DNA of 64,000 nucleotides from Octopus vulgaris (lineage: Eukaryota), in NCBI GenBank assembly GCA_951406725.2, contig OX597816.1, forward strand, positions 62,744,001 through 62,808,000, in the 5' to 3' direction. A program made the translations under genes and the position numbers. The notes beneath the pieces were generated by a model. The model was not told the origin of the DNA. It searched no databases and saw only the letters and a program-made list of their open reading frames with translations. Each line of letters begins with the position of its first letter. The stretch's first letter is position 1. Positions 39,396 through 53,417 of the stretch are shown piece by piece.

Positions 39396-41377
39396 AATAT
39401 TATGGTTAAGGAGACAGTGTTTTTCTAAGGTAAGCTAAGACATTCCTACTGAATCAGTACGATTATGTTGTGTGGAAATGTTAACTGTGCACTGTTTCTC
39501 TTTCAGTTGCGTGAATTTTATTCTTCGTGCATGTTTTCAATATAAGATGCTTTTAATTTTAATTTACAGTAGCGTTAGAGAAGGGCTTCGTTTTAGTGGA
39601 GTGCACCGTCTGCGTAGATTTCTTTATTTGCTGAGAGCTAAAATAATCTAGAGAGGATGGCGTATTCATGCAAGCCCGTCGTCGGCAGCAGGAGTGTCAG
39701 CGACTCAGGAGTGATGAGGAACCTTCTCGGCAGTTGATGAAGGCATGCACTGTGATATGGGTTTCCTTATGATCGAGAAATGCAACCTTCAACTCATCGA
39801 TAAGTTCAGGACGAATCGCTTCAGTATTTTATGGAAAAACGACCTAGAGATCTCCGGAGTGCATAGGCTTACGAAGGGAAACTTCTTGAATGTGACACGA
39901 GATCTTTCTAATTCTTATCGCCTTGCCTGAAACTCAACGAATATTTGCACTACATATATATCCATACATAAATATTACAGAATTCTCAGATAAATTAAAT
40001 TTTATTTGGAGTCGTATAAGCGTGATATGATTGTGGTTACATTTTTTAAGATATAAATATTTCTGGGTTTTTTTTATTGTTAAGCCGGTGGGCCTGCATT
40101 GAGGAACGTGTAGGTAATTTCATCTTCTCTACAATTTTTTCTATTTTGTTTCGTAATATTTCTATTTAATTGGATATCAAGGTTTATCTACTTTAACAAA
40201 AGTATAAACTGGATATAAAACATGATCCCATAACGCTGTATATAATACTGTCGAATGTTCATCTCCAGCTCAACTGTTATACGACTTCACGGCTAAGGAA
40301 ACAGCACTCAATCCTTGCTGGCAACTGCCAACAGATATCAATATATAATATTATGTGTTTGAGTGGTTGTGCAATGAAATATCTGCAAGGGATTCTTCAC
40401 CAACTGGGAATATTATTTTTATTGCCATCACATATGTAGAGCTATCTCATTATTTCTCATCCCTGTTTTCTTCATCTCTAAATTTAACAACCCTACCATT
40501 TTGAGTCAGTAAGAGAACTTCCATGAAGTCATTTTATTCTCTGCAATAGGCGGCTAAATATTCTATTGCCATCTTAAAAACAGGTTGATAATGCGCTACC
40601 TGATTAATTATGATTTAGAAAGATGGCAGGTTTACAGTTTGAATAAGTTGATCATAAACTAATTGTTAAGTACAAGCCCAGTAATTGTTAATGGAGGAAG
40701 TTAGTCGATTACATCGACATCCACTCTGACAATGGTACTTTATTTTATCACCCTCGAAAAAAATAAAAAGTAAAACTGAACTCGGATGAATTTGAAACTG
40801 GAATGTAAAACTGGAAGAAATACGACGTGGCATTTTCTCTGAAGCCCCAATGTTTGAGCCAGCATTTTACCTTTGGCTGGCAGTTAAATAACACCAACAA
40901 GCAATGCAATTATATTTTCCACCTGCCTTTATATTGAACTAAACATTTTCATCATTGAAATCTATTTCTAAGTTTGGAAAAAGTGTAACCTATCCCCTTT
41001 CTAGAAGGAAAGTTTTATATGTCTTCGAACTATCGCCATATTATACATATTTAAATAACTTTTTTTTGCGATTATTCAAAGAATGCATATGTTTAATAAC
41101 TCTTAATGAGCCGATATGCCAACAGGAGAGACTTCATATTGACGTGATACATTATTTATTTTAATAAAGTTCGTCATGACCCATCTCAGTAAATATGTAC
41201 AAAGAATAAAAAAGAAACGGTAAATAATCCAAACAGGCAACAAATCTATGCAGCAGATCTAGCTCCCATTCATAAAATACATGAAATAATTCTAACGTTT
41301 CGAATTCACGAAACAAAGGATCCTCTGAAGACATATAGAATTTTATAAACTGTTTTCCATAAGTATTTCAACATACA

Positions 41378-41823
41378 GTCGCTTGCTTCCCTATCATTTG
41401 ATCTTGGGTTCAGTCCCAATATACGTGACACCTTGGGAACTTATATTCTACCATAGCTCTGTGATGACCGAAGCCTTGTGAGTAGGTTTTAATAGATGGA
41501 ACGTGAAAGAAAAAAGCCTGTCGTATTTATATGTATGTGTGTGTGTGTAGGGAGAAATAAAGAAAGCTAGACAGATAGACAGCTATGTATGAATGCATAT
41601 AACTGTGCGTGTAACTTTGTGTTGGCCTTATGTTTCTCCCCAACCATCGCTGGACAAGACGAGTTGGTTTGTTTATGACGCCGTAATCTAGAGGTTCGTC
41701 AAAAAGTCAGAAGGAATAAGTACCAGATTTACAAAATAATTACCGTGATCGATGTGTGCCACTAAAATTCTCCAAGGTGGTACTCAGTATGGCCGCTGTC
41801 CAGAGACTGAAACAAGTAAAAGA
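41378..41823 (+). mobile_element. SINE family A, old degenerate copy
   Basis: gggttcagtccc...gaagccttgtgag...gactgaaacaagtaaaag. Confidence 0.65.
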
Positions 41824-43129
41824 AGAAAAAAGGGGCAAAGGATATCTACTGGATCAATTTAGTGTGATAAATCACGTCAAAAAAGTGCTAGTGTTCAATA
41901 AAGGTTTGGCCTGGGTCAAACACAGCCAGAAGGTTCCTTCAACGTGGAGATGGGGGCATTCGATAGCGTAATAATCCGCAACCTTACTAGGCCACTCTAT
42001 ACCATACTCTATAAGTATGAAATTCCTGCTAACCCACTTTGGCGTATACAGAGACGAAATTTAGCCATCTCTAGTGCTGAGAGTGGGCACACCCTGGAGA
42101 GGCTTAGGAAAGATGTGACTCACACTCTTAATTCTCTAGTGCTCAAGGCAGCTATAGAGACCAGCCTAACTTAGTTATTTAGACGTGGCGTTCCATTTAG
42201 GTATACGTTTAGACTGGCTCTAATGCAAACCAAACGAAAGGCATTCAAACATCAACACAACTTTCAGACAAATGCCTTGAGTGTTTAAAAGCATTGTAAA
42301 TGTTGTTAGTTTGGATATTTCGAACTTAGCTGCCAATAAAGATATCTTTGACGCAGTGGCTCTCTGCTACAACGAGGCTCTGACAGCCAGAAGTTTTAGA
42401 TATGTCATCCCTTAATATGCTCAGCTGTAACCTGCACAAGAGAAATCGCCTCCGAAATGTCATCTGGTTTGCCACTGCCTCTGTCAGACAACGTGAAAAC
42501 CTGCATAGGAAAGGGCAGTCCTTAGATTAGTGAATAAGCATTTTAATAGGATCATGGGTGTAGGAAAATATTCAATTGGAATAACTTAGGGTTCTTTTTC
42601 AGTTGTGTGCTTAGTGTTAAAAACCTATTAGTCGGTAGCCAAAAATCTCCTGGCAGGGGCAGAATGTTTAAGTGGGTCTACGATGTAGAAGTAGTGTGGT
42701 ACACCAACAAATTAAGCAACACATACACATCGTGTTTGCTGAGGAGACTTTAAGTCCAAATTTGAAAATCACAGATCATCTTTTAGAGTTAAAAACCGCA
42801 ATAGTATGTATATACGTTAGCCAGGTATACATGGTGGTTAAAAAAAATAAGTAACGTCGTGCAACTAGAACTGTCAATTGCTGTAAAAGACCAGATCGTA
42901 TGTGAATGGAAGTAGGCAAAGTGTCTCTGTCCAGCGGAAAGATGAATCATTGCAAAACAAAGTCCACACGATCTGGGTGCCTTCCTAAACACAAAAATCA
43001 AAATGTTTGGATGCTACCATCGTGTGCACAAATTCAGTTTGGTAACATGGTTACATGCATTTTCGGACCAGTGAATGACTTACGCACATACATAGAGCTT
43101 ACACATATGATTCTGTGTGTGTGTGTGTA

Positions 43130-43161
<32 letters not shown>

Positions 43162-44249
43162 ATGATTATATAAATGTTTCATGCCTCCATCCAAGACATT
43201 GCTTATGTCAATTATGGCTCAAGAATAATATCTGTAGATTACAAGAGTTCAGAAAATGGTTTTATAATGTAAAATTCCAGTTGCATGTTCGTATAGTATA
43301 TAATGTTTAAGGTAGGAAGTAACTCATCTTTACTGCACAATTAATTTCCATTGTTTACACATTTACATTTGCAAATTTTCAAAGTTTAAATAATTTTGAA
43401 ATATTAGTATGAATATATGTATATGAGTCTATTTTCATAATACACCTGAGTGGGGAGCATTCACTTTAATCTCACAATCTGGCGTTTGTCCAAATACCCG
43501 GAAGCAATTTTCTTGAACATCTACATTATTTGATAATCTCGGATTTGACCATATTCGACTAGTCTCTTTTGTGCCCTGTATGTGTGTCTGTGGTATTCCT
43601 TAGGGTCAATTTTTCCTTATTAAACAAGTTGCATTCTACTTGACAGATAAACATAAAATATTTATTAAACTGGCTGTACAATTCACATGCATTGCCATAG
43701 GACCCAGACACTAGCACATGAATTACAGAAATCTAATGAGAAACATCGGTAGAAAAATTTCCAATCTACCACCTAATAAAGACACCTTCGGTATACCTAC
43801 ACCTCATTAGAATGACGCCCTAGAAGTATTGGTCATAAAGATAGAATTAGGTATTCCCTCAATCAGACATTCAAAATCAACACGCGTTAGAATATCATCT
43901 TGTTTAAATCTCATTTTTCATTTGATATTTCAGTCAGCATCACAAAAAGTTCGTAGGCTAAATCCAAAAACATTTCCCTATCAACCAGAGGTACAGTAAG
44001 TTATTTCTTAGCAGCAACATAACAGCCACATATGAAACTTAATTCCATTTCAATCAAACCAACAGAAGTAGATTGCTTAGGTAGAAACACTCGCGCCCAC
44101 ACGTCTTAATTAGTTATATAACGGTGAAACAATTTTTTCCATGAAGGATATAGCCTCAACGAAACCTCAGCACCGAGTGTAGGAAAATACATTTTATATA
44201 GCAGAAAATAAATTCATACAATGATGTTGCATCACACGGCAAAATTCTT

Positions 44250-44657
44250 ATTTGTTTATTGCACACAAGGGGCTAAATATAGAGGGGACAAGCAAAGGTA
44301 TTATGTCGATTAGATCGACACCAGTGCGTAACTGGCACTTAATTAATCGATCCCGAAAGGATGAAAGGCAAAGTCGGCCTCGGCGGAATTTGAACTCAGA
44401 ACGTACCGGCAGACGAAATGCCTATTTCTTTACTACCCACAAGGGTCTAAACACAGAGAGGACAAACAAGGACAGACAAACGGATTAAGTCGATTATATC
44501 GACCCCAGTGCGTAACTGGTATTTATTTAATCGACCCCGAAAGGATGAAAAGCAAAGTCGACCTTGGCGGAATTTGAACTCAGAACGTAGCGGCAGACGA
44601 AAATACTGCTGAGAATTTCGCCCGGCGTGTTAACGTTTCTGCCAGCTCACCGCCTTC
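44250..44657 (-). mobile_element. SINE family B, composite/dimeric copy (a further degenerate B copy follows at about 44680-44885)
   Basis: Same dimer junction as 4555-4960 (gacgaaatRcctatttctttact...acaaacggattaag). Confidence 0.8.
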
Positions 44658-45141
44658 TAATCAGACAGAATATTGGTTTAAAACCCTGGCATAAAGCCAG
44701 TAATTTAGATGGATGGAGTAAGTTGATTGCATTGACACATGTGCTCAACTGATACTTATTTTATCGTTCCCGATAGGATGAAAGGTAAAGTCAATATTGG
44801 CAGAATTTGAACTCAAACCGTAAGGAAGGACGAAATGCTAAGCATTTCACCAGGCGTGCTAACAATCCTGCTAGATTGCTATCTTCTTGTTCCTTATAAT
44901 ATTAGCGCATGTACGCCTCACGAAAATATTGTCTTAGCTGTTTCATTGCGTTTTGTAAAGTTAACCTTACATTGTCATATGCCATCTGTCTAAAACCTGG
45001 ACTCATCAAACTTCAAGTCAGTAGTCGTAGTATGGTGGCATGCGCTGTAACAGCGTGTCACCCCATCCACCATTTCTTGGTGATTCCCTTCTACGCTTGG
45101 TGGAGGACACCATTGCACTACATAGGCGACAACCTCTAGCC

Positions 45142-45448
45142 CAGTGGTTCCGAAACTTTTAGGGCTGATGCCCCCTTTACACCCAGGCCACATTCTTAAT
45201 GCCCCACCCCAACTAACCAACACAAACATAGACTCCCTTCTGAAGCCAATTGAAAGCAACTGTATTTCACAAATAAAACTAAAACTAATGACCCCGAAAT
45301 TTTGTTATTTTTACATGAATCGCTACTCCATTATAGCCCCACTTTTTACATAACCACTACCCCATTATTGCTCCACTTTTTCTTCAACACCCCCTTGGAA
45401 CATTCCACCGTCTCAAGGGAGCAATACAGCCCACTTTGGGTACCACTG
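45142..45448. mobile_element. hAT (Charlie-like) MITE
   Basis: TIRs cagtggttccgaaa / tttgggtaccactg. 8-bp TSD ctctagcc (45134-45141) / ctctaacc (45449-45456). Confidence 0.8.
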
Positions 45449-45692
45449 CTCTAACCCATGATTCTAATAGGTTTTCGTTGCTGGTGGGGCTTTAACGCGG
45501 TCGGGATGTAAATCATATCTCAACTTCTTTAGTCGTCATTTTACGAAGCGCAGAGTACTGGTTGGGTCTATTCTTATATGCCTGATCTATGGAACTCATA
45601 GTGTTTGTGATAAAGTGTTTTCTCAAATCTATATTCATGTATATTTATCAAGTCTTTATTTATTGAGAATAACTATGGCGCGAATTTAGATG

Positions 45693-45752
<60 letters not shown>

Positions 45753-45785
45753 GTATTTATACATATATATGTATTTATATATATA

Positions 45786-45821
<36 letters not shown>

Positions 45822-45879
45822 CATACATACGTAAATACATACATATATTCATACATACACACAAAAATACATACATACA

Positions 45880-45910
<31 letters not shown>

Positions 45911-46412
45911 GTATGTATATTTCCAGTATGATTGCTGTCCAATGACAAAACCAAATAAGAGATAAAAGATACACACACACATACGCACACACGCACACAC
46001 ACACGCACACACACACACACACACACACACTTACGTATATTTGTGTGTATATATATATTCAAAAGTGTGTGGTTACAGGTTGCTTTGTCTCTTAAAAAAG
46101 CCCCACAATACGTACAGGCAAAAACCCAAGTTTGTGTATGAACATGTGAGTGTGCGTGTTTGCGAGAATGTGCAAGTGTATGTGTGTGTGTGTGTCTGTG
46201 TGTGTGTGTGTGTATGACTGTGTCAGTGCATGTCTGTGTCGTGTGTGTGTATGAAGGACATACTCGTATCTGCACATATTTTAGGGAAACACGTAATAGA
46301 GTACGATGAAGTTGAATAATATATCATATATATCACTTGTGATTTCCAATCCTATATTTACAGATATAATATTTAATGTAGATGTATCTATTTGTATATA
46401 TATATATATATA

Positions 46413-46799
46413 TAAAATACAGTGTACATTTAAACACATGAGGAATCCACTCGTGGGATTCAACACGCTAGAAAGAACAGCTAAGTTCCATAACCACAAA
46501 ATTAGGGATAAAATTCGACAGGAACTAAATGAAAAAATAAAAACATTTTACCATCTAGTTTCCTAGACCAATTGGTTTCTGATTTTAGTTCACCTAGTGA
46601 GTATATGTTATTTACTTGCTAAACTAAAATCAGAAACCAATTGGTCCAGGAAACTAGATGGTAAAATGTATTTATTTTTTCATTTCGTTCCTGTCGAATT
46701 TTATCCCTAATTTTGTGGTTATGGAACCTAGCTGTTCTTTCTAGCGTGTTGAATCCCACGAGTGGATTACTCATGTGTTTAAATGTATACTGTATTTTA
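46413..46799. mobile_element. 178-bp divergent inverted repeat carrying the 3' half of a hammerhead motif
   Basis: 46413-46590 is the reverse complement of 46622-46799 (few mismatches), with a 31-bp spacer. GAAAC-caattg-GTC at 46633-46646 (+) and 46566-46579 (-); the CUGANGA half is absent. Confidence 0.7.
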
Positions 46800-46907
46800 T
46801 GACTAATATATAGTCTTTGGACTAAATTTTTGCACGTTAGGCCACTGGAAGTGAAAATTTTAATTAATTTCCTTTTCCCTTTGATATGATTAAGTATACA
46901 TATATAC

Positions 46908-46965
<58 letters not shown>

Positions 46966-47148
46966 CATACATTCGTTTATACACACGCATGCGCGCACAT
47001 ACACATACATACACGCATACACAGACACATATGTATAGTGCACATATATACATGCAGACATACATAAGGAGTGCATAACCATATATATCAGGTTGTTTAA
47101 ATTGTTAAATACATCGCCTTACGTCTAGCACACATGGCACCCGCACAT

Positions 47149-47207
<59 letters not shown>

Positions 47208-48737
47208 GATATGCACGTGCGAAGATACACATGCGTTAACACAACGCAAACATACAAACTCATTACATACGTGTGTGATTAACTATGGATATTTTTTCAC
47301 CCCTCAATACACACGCGCTCCTTGAATGAACGCATGCGTGTTTGCGCGTAAGTGTGCGTGTGTGTGTGTGTGTGTGCATTTACACATATTGCTATGCGTG
47401 AGAAGGCACACCACCAGTCATTATAAACCGAACTGATAACTTTTATTCTGGAATATGTGTAGCTATATAAGTGTTATTTAGCGATTGTTAAATTAAATTA
47501 TTTGGCTAAATATAATAAGTTCACTTAGCATAGTACCACTTATAATGAAATTTGGTCCCATTGAGACTCACATCCATATGAATAATGTCTTAGTAATAAT
47601 AAACAATAATAAAACGCAGATAAATAAAGCAACAAAACAACAAAGAAAGTTCGAAAGGAGAGAGGAGGAAAGGAAAAGAAAAGAATCAATGAAGGAATTT
47701 AGAAAAGAAAATAATATGCTAGTAAGAATAGGAAGATGTTGTGAGAAGAAGAAAGGCGATGGGGGTATGAAAGGAGAGAGATGGAGTTAAAGCAAATTCA
47801 AAATTGCATTAGTTTTTCATTGTTCTAATCGCGTTGATCTGGGGAAATGACGTAATCTATTTTTCCAACTCGTAGCATAGAGCTTATCTCACTATCTCAA
47901 TTTTCTTCCTCACCAAATTGACGGCGTTTTACTTTTGATTTTCTTTTTAAACTTTGATTAAGATGTTACCCAGGTAACTATTTCTTGCTCCCACCCACCA
48001 CCCTTTACCGGTGCAAAGTTGCACCAATGCACTTGATAACTTTGTTGAGTGCATTGCCTTTTGTGATAAATATCTGCAGTAAGGTTATTAAGTTTACATG
48101 GTTCCATATATATATATCTTTATATATTGTTCAGGAAACCTCGTGGAATACGCAATCTTCGTTTTCATAATTCTTTTCTTTGCTTATTTCTGTTTGGCTT
48201 GCTATAGTATTGATGATGATGTTGACATCGGTGTTGAAGCACACGATGGTGCTGCCGATAGTGGATGTTTTAACTCTGTAACCTATTCTCTAATTGTTTT
48301 ATCAGTTCCCTACCTTCCTCACTTTTATACTCACCTCAACAAGTCAATTGTATCTGAAGTTTCCTCTTGCTTATCTATAGTTAGCCGTCTTTTTAATGAA
48401 TATTCCTTGTTGAAATGCAGCTCTCAAAATTTAAGTGCACAATATTCTGTATTTGATTTGCAAATCTTGTTTCGACATCAAAGAGACTTTTACGAAAGCG
48501 TTGTTATTTGTTTATCGTTTATATATTTTTACTTTAGCTGTATTTCGTAACATCCGTCGATTCGTGTTTGTTTATTCTTTGTTAAAAGCTATGCGTCAGA
48601 AAGACAATTTTGTATTTGAAAACATATTTATTACTTTTGAGAATATTTTCTTCAGAACTTCCAAACATTTGGCAGTGATAAAATACACCGACGCTGACAA
48701 TGATATCAGTAACATTCACAATACAAGTAGTTTTAAA

Positions 48738-48888
48738 AGCAATTTATCAACGCCATGCTAGCATCAAGTCACTTGATCAAACAAGAAAGATAAGTTTACA
48801 GAAGTTGGAGACAAGAATGGAATTGCCACCTAGCACATGCGAAAGAGAAAAAACACAAAGAAACTCCATTCTTACTTCTAGAAGTTGA
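48738..48888 (+). repeat. About 150-bp segment duplicated at 54291-54446
   Basis: agcaatttatcaacgccatgctagcatcaagtcacttgatc...agaagttga in both places. Confidence 0.85.
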
Positions 48889-50373
48889 AAGGCTACAGAG
48901 AATAACAACAGTCGTAAAAGAATTAAAGTCTTCACTTAACGCATTTATCATGAAAATGTCTGAATTTCGTTTAGGCTCAGCACTGACCCAGCAGAATTAA
49001 GGCGAGTCATCCCTAATTTCAATAAAAATAATAAGGTTTCAAATATAAAGTTTGCCCAGTATCGAAAAGGAAACAGTGACCATATTCTCTAACATAATTA
49101 AAATGTCTGGGCTCGATTTAATTACGTAACCCCTTTATTCAAATTTCAAGTCTTATGACTATTTTAGTAATTATCTATTTCTACATTTGGTACAAGACCA
49201 TATATTTTCCATGGCTAGGATCTTTCATTATCTCTTTCTCACTCTCTCTCTCTCTCTGTATATATACATATATATATAGATATATATATATAGTGTGTTA
49301 TAACAGAGCCATGTTTATGTAGTGTTCAATTCACATCCAGATGTAGGAAAATGTTTATTACGAAATCGCTCAGTTTATGGTCCGGCTAATTTTGTTTAGA
49401 TCTTTTGTTCGGGTTCAGATCTTAACGATTCGTGTGACAATAACAGGACTTTTTATTCAATCGCATTGAGTTTCATCGTAAGTACATTTATTTTACTATA
49501 GCTTCAGATCAACCAAATCCCCGTCAATGAAATCATGTCAGATAATATGAAATCATGTCAGATAAACCGTTCCTGTCCTGAGGCGACTTATTCTTTTCTA
49601 CTATAGGCACAAGGTCGTAAATGTTAGAGAAAGGTGGTACTAGTCGATTATATCAACGAAAATGGTACTTATTTTATCGACCTCGAACAAATAAAAGGCA
49701 AATTCGACTTTAGTGGAATTTGAGCTCAGAACAAAAAGACTGATGAAATACCCCTAAAATCTTGCTCAGATTGCTAACGATTCTCCCAGCCTACCACCCT
49801 TTCTTAGGTGCTGCGTTTACCCTCCTTGCTGGTGTATAAGACGCCTCTTTTTATTTATAAATGTACCAAAAATTGCCCTTCGTCTAATGCGCCTTATTGC
49901 GGATGGGAAACGAAATGTTGTAAGATACAGAGCCTCATAAGCATAAATAAAAAATAAATAAATTTATTAATCCAGTTTACATCGAATATTTTGTTATCGA
50001 TTACAGTAAGTAAAGATTATAAAAAATTTTTCAGGAATTGCATAAAATATCGGATTAAGCCCTTTAGCAGCTTGGTTGATTTGGTCAAGTTGGTAAGAGG
50101 TCAAAAAATAAAAAAATAAACGGGCCAATAATTATAAAAGAAAACAGGAACATCCTTTGCAAGCAAGTAAGACAGTCAAAAACGTATATAAAAAGTGAAT
50201 CTCTTTAAGTCTGGAAATATAAAATATTACAAATGTTATAAAATTGTTGCATGTTCCAACATGGACACTAAGACGTTGGCTTTCTTTCCAGGAAACCACT
50301 CTGTTGTAAGCATTCTGGCCAGAGTTTTTCAGTCTTGAAATAACTTCAACCATTCTGCCTACAATTCCAAGCC

Positions 50374-52331
50374 AGGCGTAGGAGTGGCTGTGTGGTAAGC
50401 AGCATGCTTACCAACCACATGGTTCTGGGCTCAGTCCCACTGCGTGGCACCTTGGGCAAGTGTTTTCTACTATAGCCTCGGGCCGACCAAAGTCTTGTGA
50501 GTGGATTTGGTAGACGGAAACTGAAAGAAGCCAGTCGTATATATGTATATATATATATGTTAGTTAGTTAGTTATTTAGTTAGTTAATTTGGCTCAAAAG
50601 CAAATAGCAAGGCCATGTAGGGGGACATGGAGTTAAGTACAGGGTGGTGTTCATGTAAAGAGTTCAGGCCACTTGAGGTCCAGGGAGGCTTTGAACAAAG
50701 CGGTCGTCGGCATCTTCACCATCTCGTCTGGCAGCTTGTTCCACGGATCCGCAACCCGGACGGAGAAAGCTCCTCTCCTTCGATTAAGATGAAATCGTCG
50801 CAGGTAGAGCTTTTCGGAATGACCCCGCAGCCGACGCTCTGGAGCAGGAGTGAAGAACAGCTCTTTCGAGAGGTTACACTTTCCGCTTATGATGTTGTGG
50901 GCGAGAATTAGATCACCACGGCGGCGGCGTTTTTCAAGAGAATAAAGGTCGAGCGTCCTCAGCCTTTCTTCGTAGGACAAATTTTTGAGACCATGAACCA
51001 TGCGGGTAGCCAGCTTCTGGACTCTTTCGAGATGATGTATGTCTTTGAGGAGATAAAGAGAAGAGGCTTGAATCCCATACTCCAATATGGGTCTCACCAG
51101 CGTGACATAGAGTGGTAGGAATATGGCTGCCGTGAGCATTCCGAATGACCGTCGAATCAAGAACAGAATTCCTTTACCTGATCGGTCCTCTCCAGCAGCA
51201 GACGACCCGGCTCGAAATCAAGTTGAGTTGCAGGAGTAGAGCCGACAGGCAGATGACAGCACTTTGACACGTTCAGACACAGGTCCCAATCGTTAGACCA
51301 CTTCGAAATTTGGTGGAGGCATCGACGAAGATCCTCTATATTACCGCGAGGAGCGACCAGTTTGATATCGTCGGCAAATAGAAGGGTGTGTTGCGTGAGG
51401 TCGTCGGGCAAGTCATTTATGAAGACTAAGAACAACAAGGGCCCAAGCACTGAACCTTGAGGCACGCCACTGCTCGCACTGGAGACGTCGGACCGCGAAC
51501 CATTAACTTGGACTTGGAAGGAGCGATCTGAGAGGAAGGCACCAACCCATCGTACAATATCCGGATGGAAACTATATGCTTGAAGCTTGACAAGTAATAG
51601 GCGGTGGTTTACCGAGTCAAAAGCTTTGGCAAAGTCCAATAAAACGATGTCAATAGCATCACTATCATCGAGGATACGCGTCACCAATTCTTCCATTACT
51701 AGTAAGTTGGTCAAGCATGATCTCTTCGGCACGAAGCCGTGTTGGGAATCAGAGATAGAGGCTGTGTTTAGGAGGTGGAGCATCATACTTTTCTTAAGGA
51801 TGGTTTCGAACATCTTGCTGATTAATGATGTAAGGGAAACCGGTCGGTAGTTAAGCGGGTCTTCGTGGCTCCCAATCTTGAAAATTGGGCAGATTATCGC
51901 TGTTCTCCAGTCTGCAGGTATAACACCCGTCGCTAATGACATTGAATAGTCGTGTTGAGGGCTCGCAGATGACCGGAGCCAACGCTTTGATAACCCGTGG
52001 GTGTATGCCGTCAGGGCCGTGACCCTTGTTGACATCGAGGCCTTGAATAACACGTTTGACTTCGTCCCGCGTGATGACCAATCGAAGCATTGGAGGTACC
52101 GATCTATCAAATGGAGGGGGTTCACGACCATCATCTTGTTTGAAAATAGTTGAAAAAGCCTCGGCAAATAATTGACTCTGTTGATAAGGGTCCTCAATCG
52201 ATACACCTGTTGAGTCTACCAACGTTGCAATCTGGTTGTTCAAGCGGGAATTCCGCTGGACATGGGCAAAGAAGGTTTTTGTATTCATAACTGAAGCGTT
52301 CTTTCTTTTCAATTTTCACGGCTCGGTCTCG

Positions 52332-52377
<46 letters not shown>

Positions 52378-52600
52378 TTGTGTGTCTGTGTTTGTCCCCC
52401 CCCCCCCCAACATCGCTTGACGACCGATGCTGGTGTGATTATATCCCCGTAACTTAGCGGTTCGGCAAACGAGATCGATAGAATTAGTACTAGGCTTACA
52501 AAAAATAAGTCCTGTGGTCGACTTTCTCGACTAAAGGCGTTGCTCCAGCATGGCCACAATCAAATGACTGAAACAAATAAAAAGTAAAAGAGTAAAGAGT
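50374..52600 (+). mobile_element. SINE family A split by a LINE insertion (halves 50374-50558 and 52333-52600)
   Basis: The 5' half ends in (TA)n and the 3' half starts with (TG)n on either side of the LINE. Confidence 0.88.
50559..52332 (-). mobile_element. 5'-truncated CR1-type LINE (reverse transcriptase), frameshifted
   Basis: ORF pieces 51851-52312 (GPDGIHPRV), 51157-52206 (YRPVSLTS, DFAKAFD, VPQGSVLGP, FADD) and 50651-51160 (LERVQKLATRMV...YEERL...RGDLI). (TAAC)n 3' tail. Confidence 0.92.
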
Positions 52601-52754
52601 AGTATACCTAATATATTATTTACACTCGGGCTCCGTCATTAAAAAAGATGAGCTTATCGGAACAAGAATACACATTTTATTCCTCTTATAGATAGAATCA
52701 TTATGGTAGTGATTATTAAGGTCTACTTTGTATACTTTAATATTTGTATTAAAC

Positions 52755-52952
52755 AAGGCGGTGAGCTGGCAGAATCATTAGAACGCCAGAAAAAAATGTT
52801 TAGCGGCATTTCATCCGTCTTTACGTTCTGAGTTCAAATTCCGCTGAGGTCGACTTTGGCGTTCGAGGTCCATAAAATAGGTACCAGTTGAACACTGCGG
52901 TTGACGTAATCGATTTAATACCCCACCCTGAAATTGCTGGCCTCGTGCCAAA
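52755..52952 (+). mobile_element. SINE family B
   Basis: aggcggtgagctggcagaatc...gttctgagttcaaattccgc...gtcgacttt. Confidence 0.8.
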
Positions 52953-53219
52953 CTTATACGCCAATATTTGCATTTAAAACCATGCAAATCACAAACTGCA
53001 TAGTCAAGGGCCAATCACCTGCACGGCCACGTATATCTTGGTTGTTGTAAACTAAACAACATTGCGATCAGGTTCCATCTAGTTTTCTGTACAGGTGTAA
53101 TTTGCTTCACTCACCAGCATCTTAGTGAATACAGTTCTATATTTAAGAGATGAGGAATTATGTACATTATTTACATTATTTACATTCGACGGATATTTGT
53201 CCTCATCTTGTTTGTTGTT

Positions 53220-53265
53220 AACACAACGTTTTGGCTGATATACCCTCCAACCTTCATCAGGTGTC
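53220..53265 (-). ncRNA. Hammerhead motif, probably inactive (GAAA>AAAA)
   Basis: gacac-CTGATGA-A-ggttg..cagcc-AAAAC-GTT-gtgtt. Confidence 0.65.
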
Positions 53266-53371
53266 TTGGGAAAATTTCGAACTTGAGTTTTCATTCCTAA
53301 GGTATTTTATTTTTAATAATATCATCAAAAAATACCTTAGGAATGAGAACCCAGGTTTGAAATTTCCCCAT

Positions 53372-53417
53372 GACACCTGAAGAAGGCTGGAGAGTATATC
53401 AGCCGAAACGTTGTGTT
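53372..53417 (+). ncRNA. Minimal type I hammerhead ribozyme
   Basis: gacac-CTGAAGA-A-ggctg-gagagtatat-cagcc-GAAAC-GTT-gtgtt; palindromic AACGTT helix III. Confidence 0.8.

Noticed and set aside
39570-39930. Exon-like GC-richer segment after a tttacag acceptor
   Set aside because: Stops interrupt the frames and no peptide is recognisable.
41291-41345. Possible hammerhead half (gaattcGAAACGTTaga, minus strand)
   Set aside because: No CUGANGA half or helix I partner found nearby.
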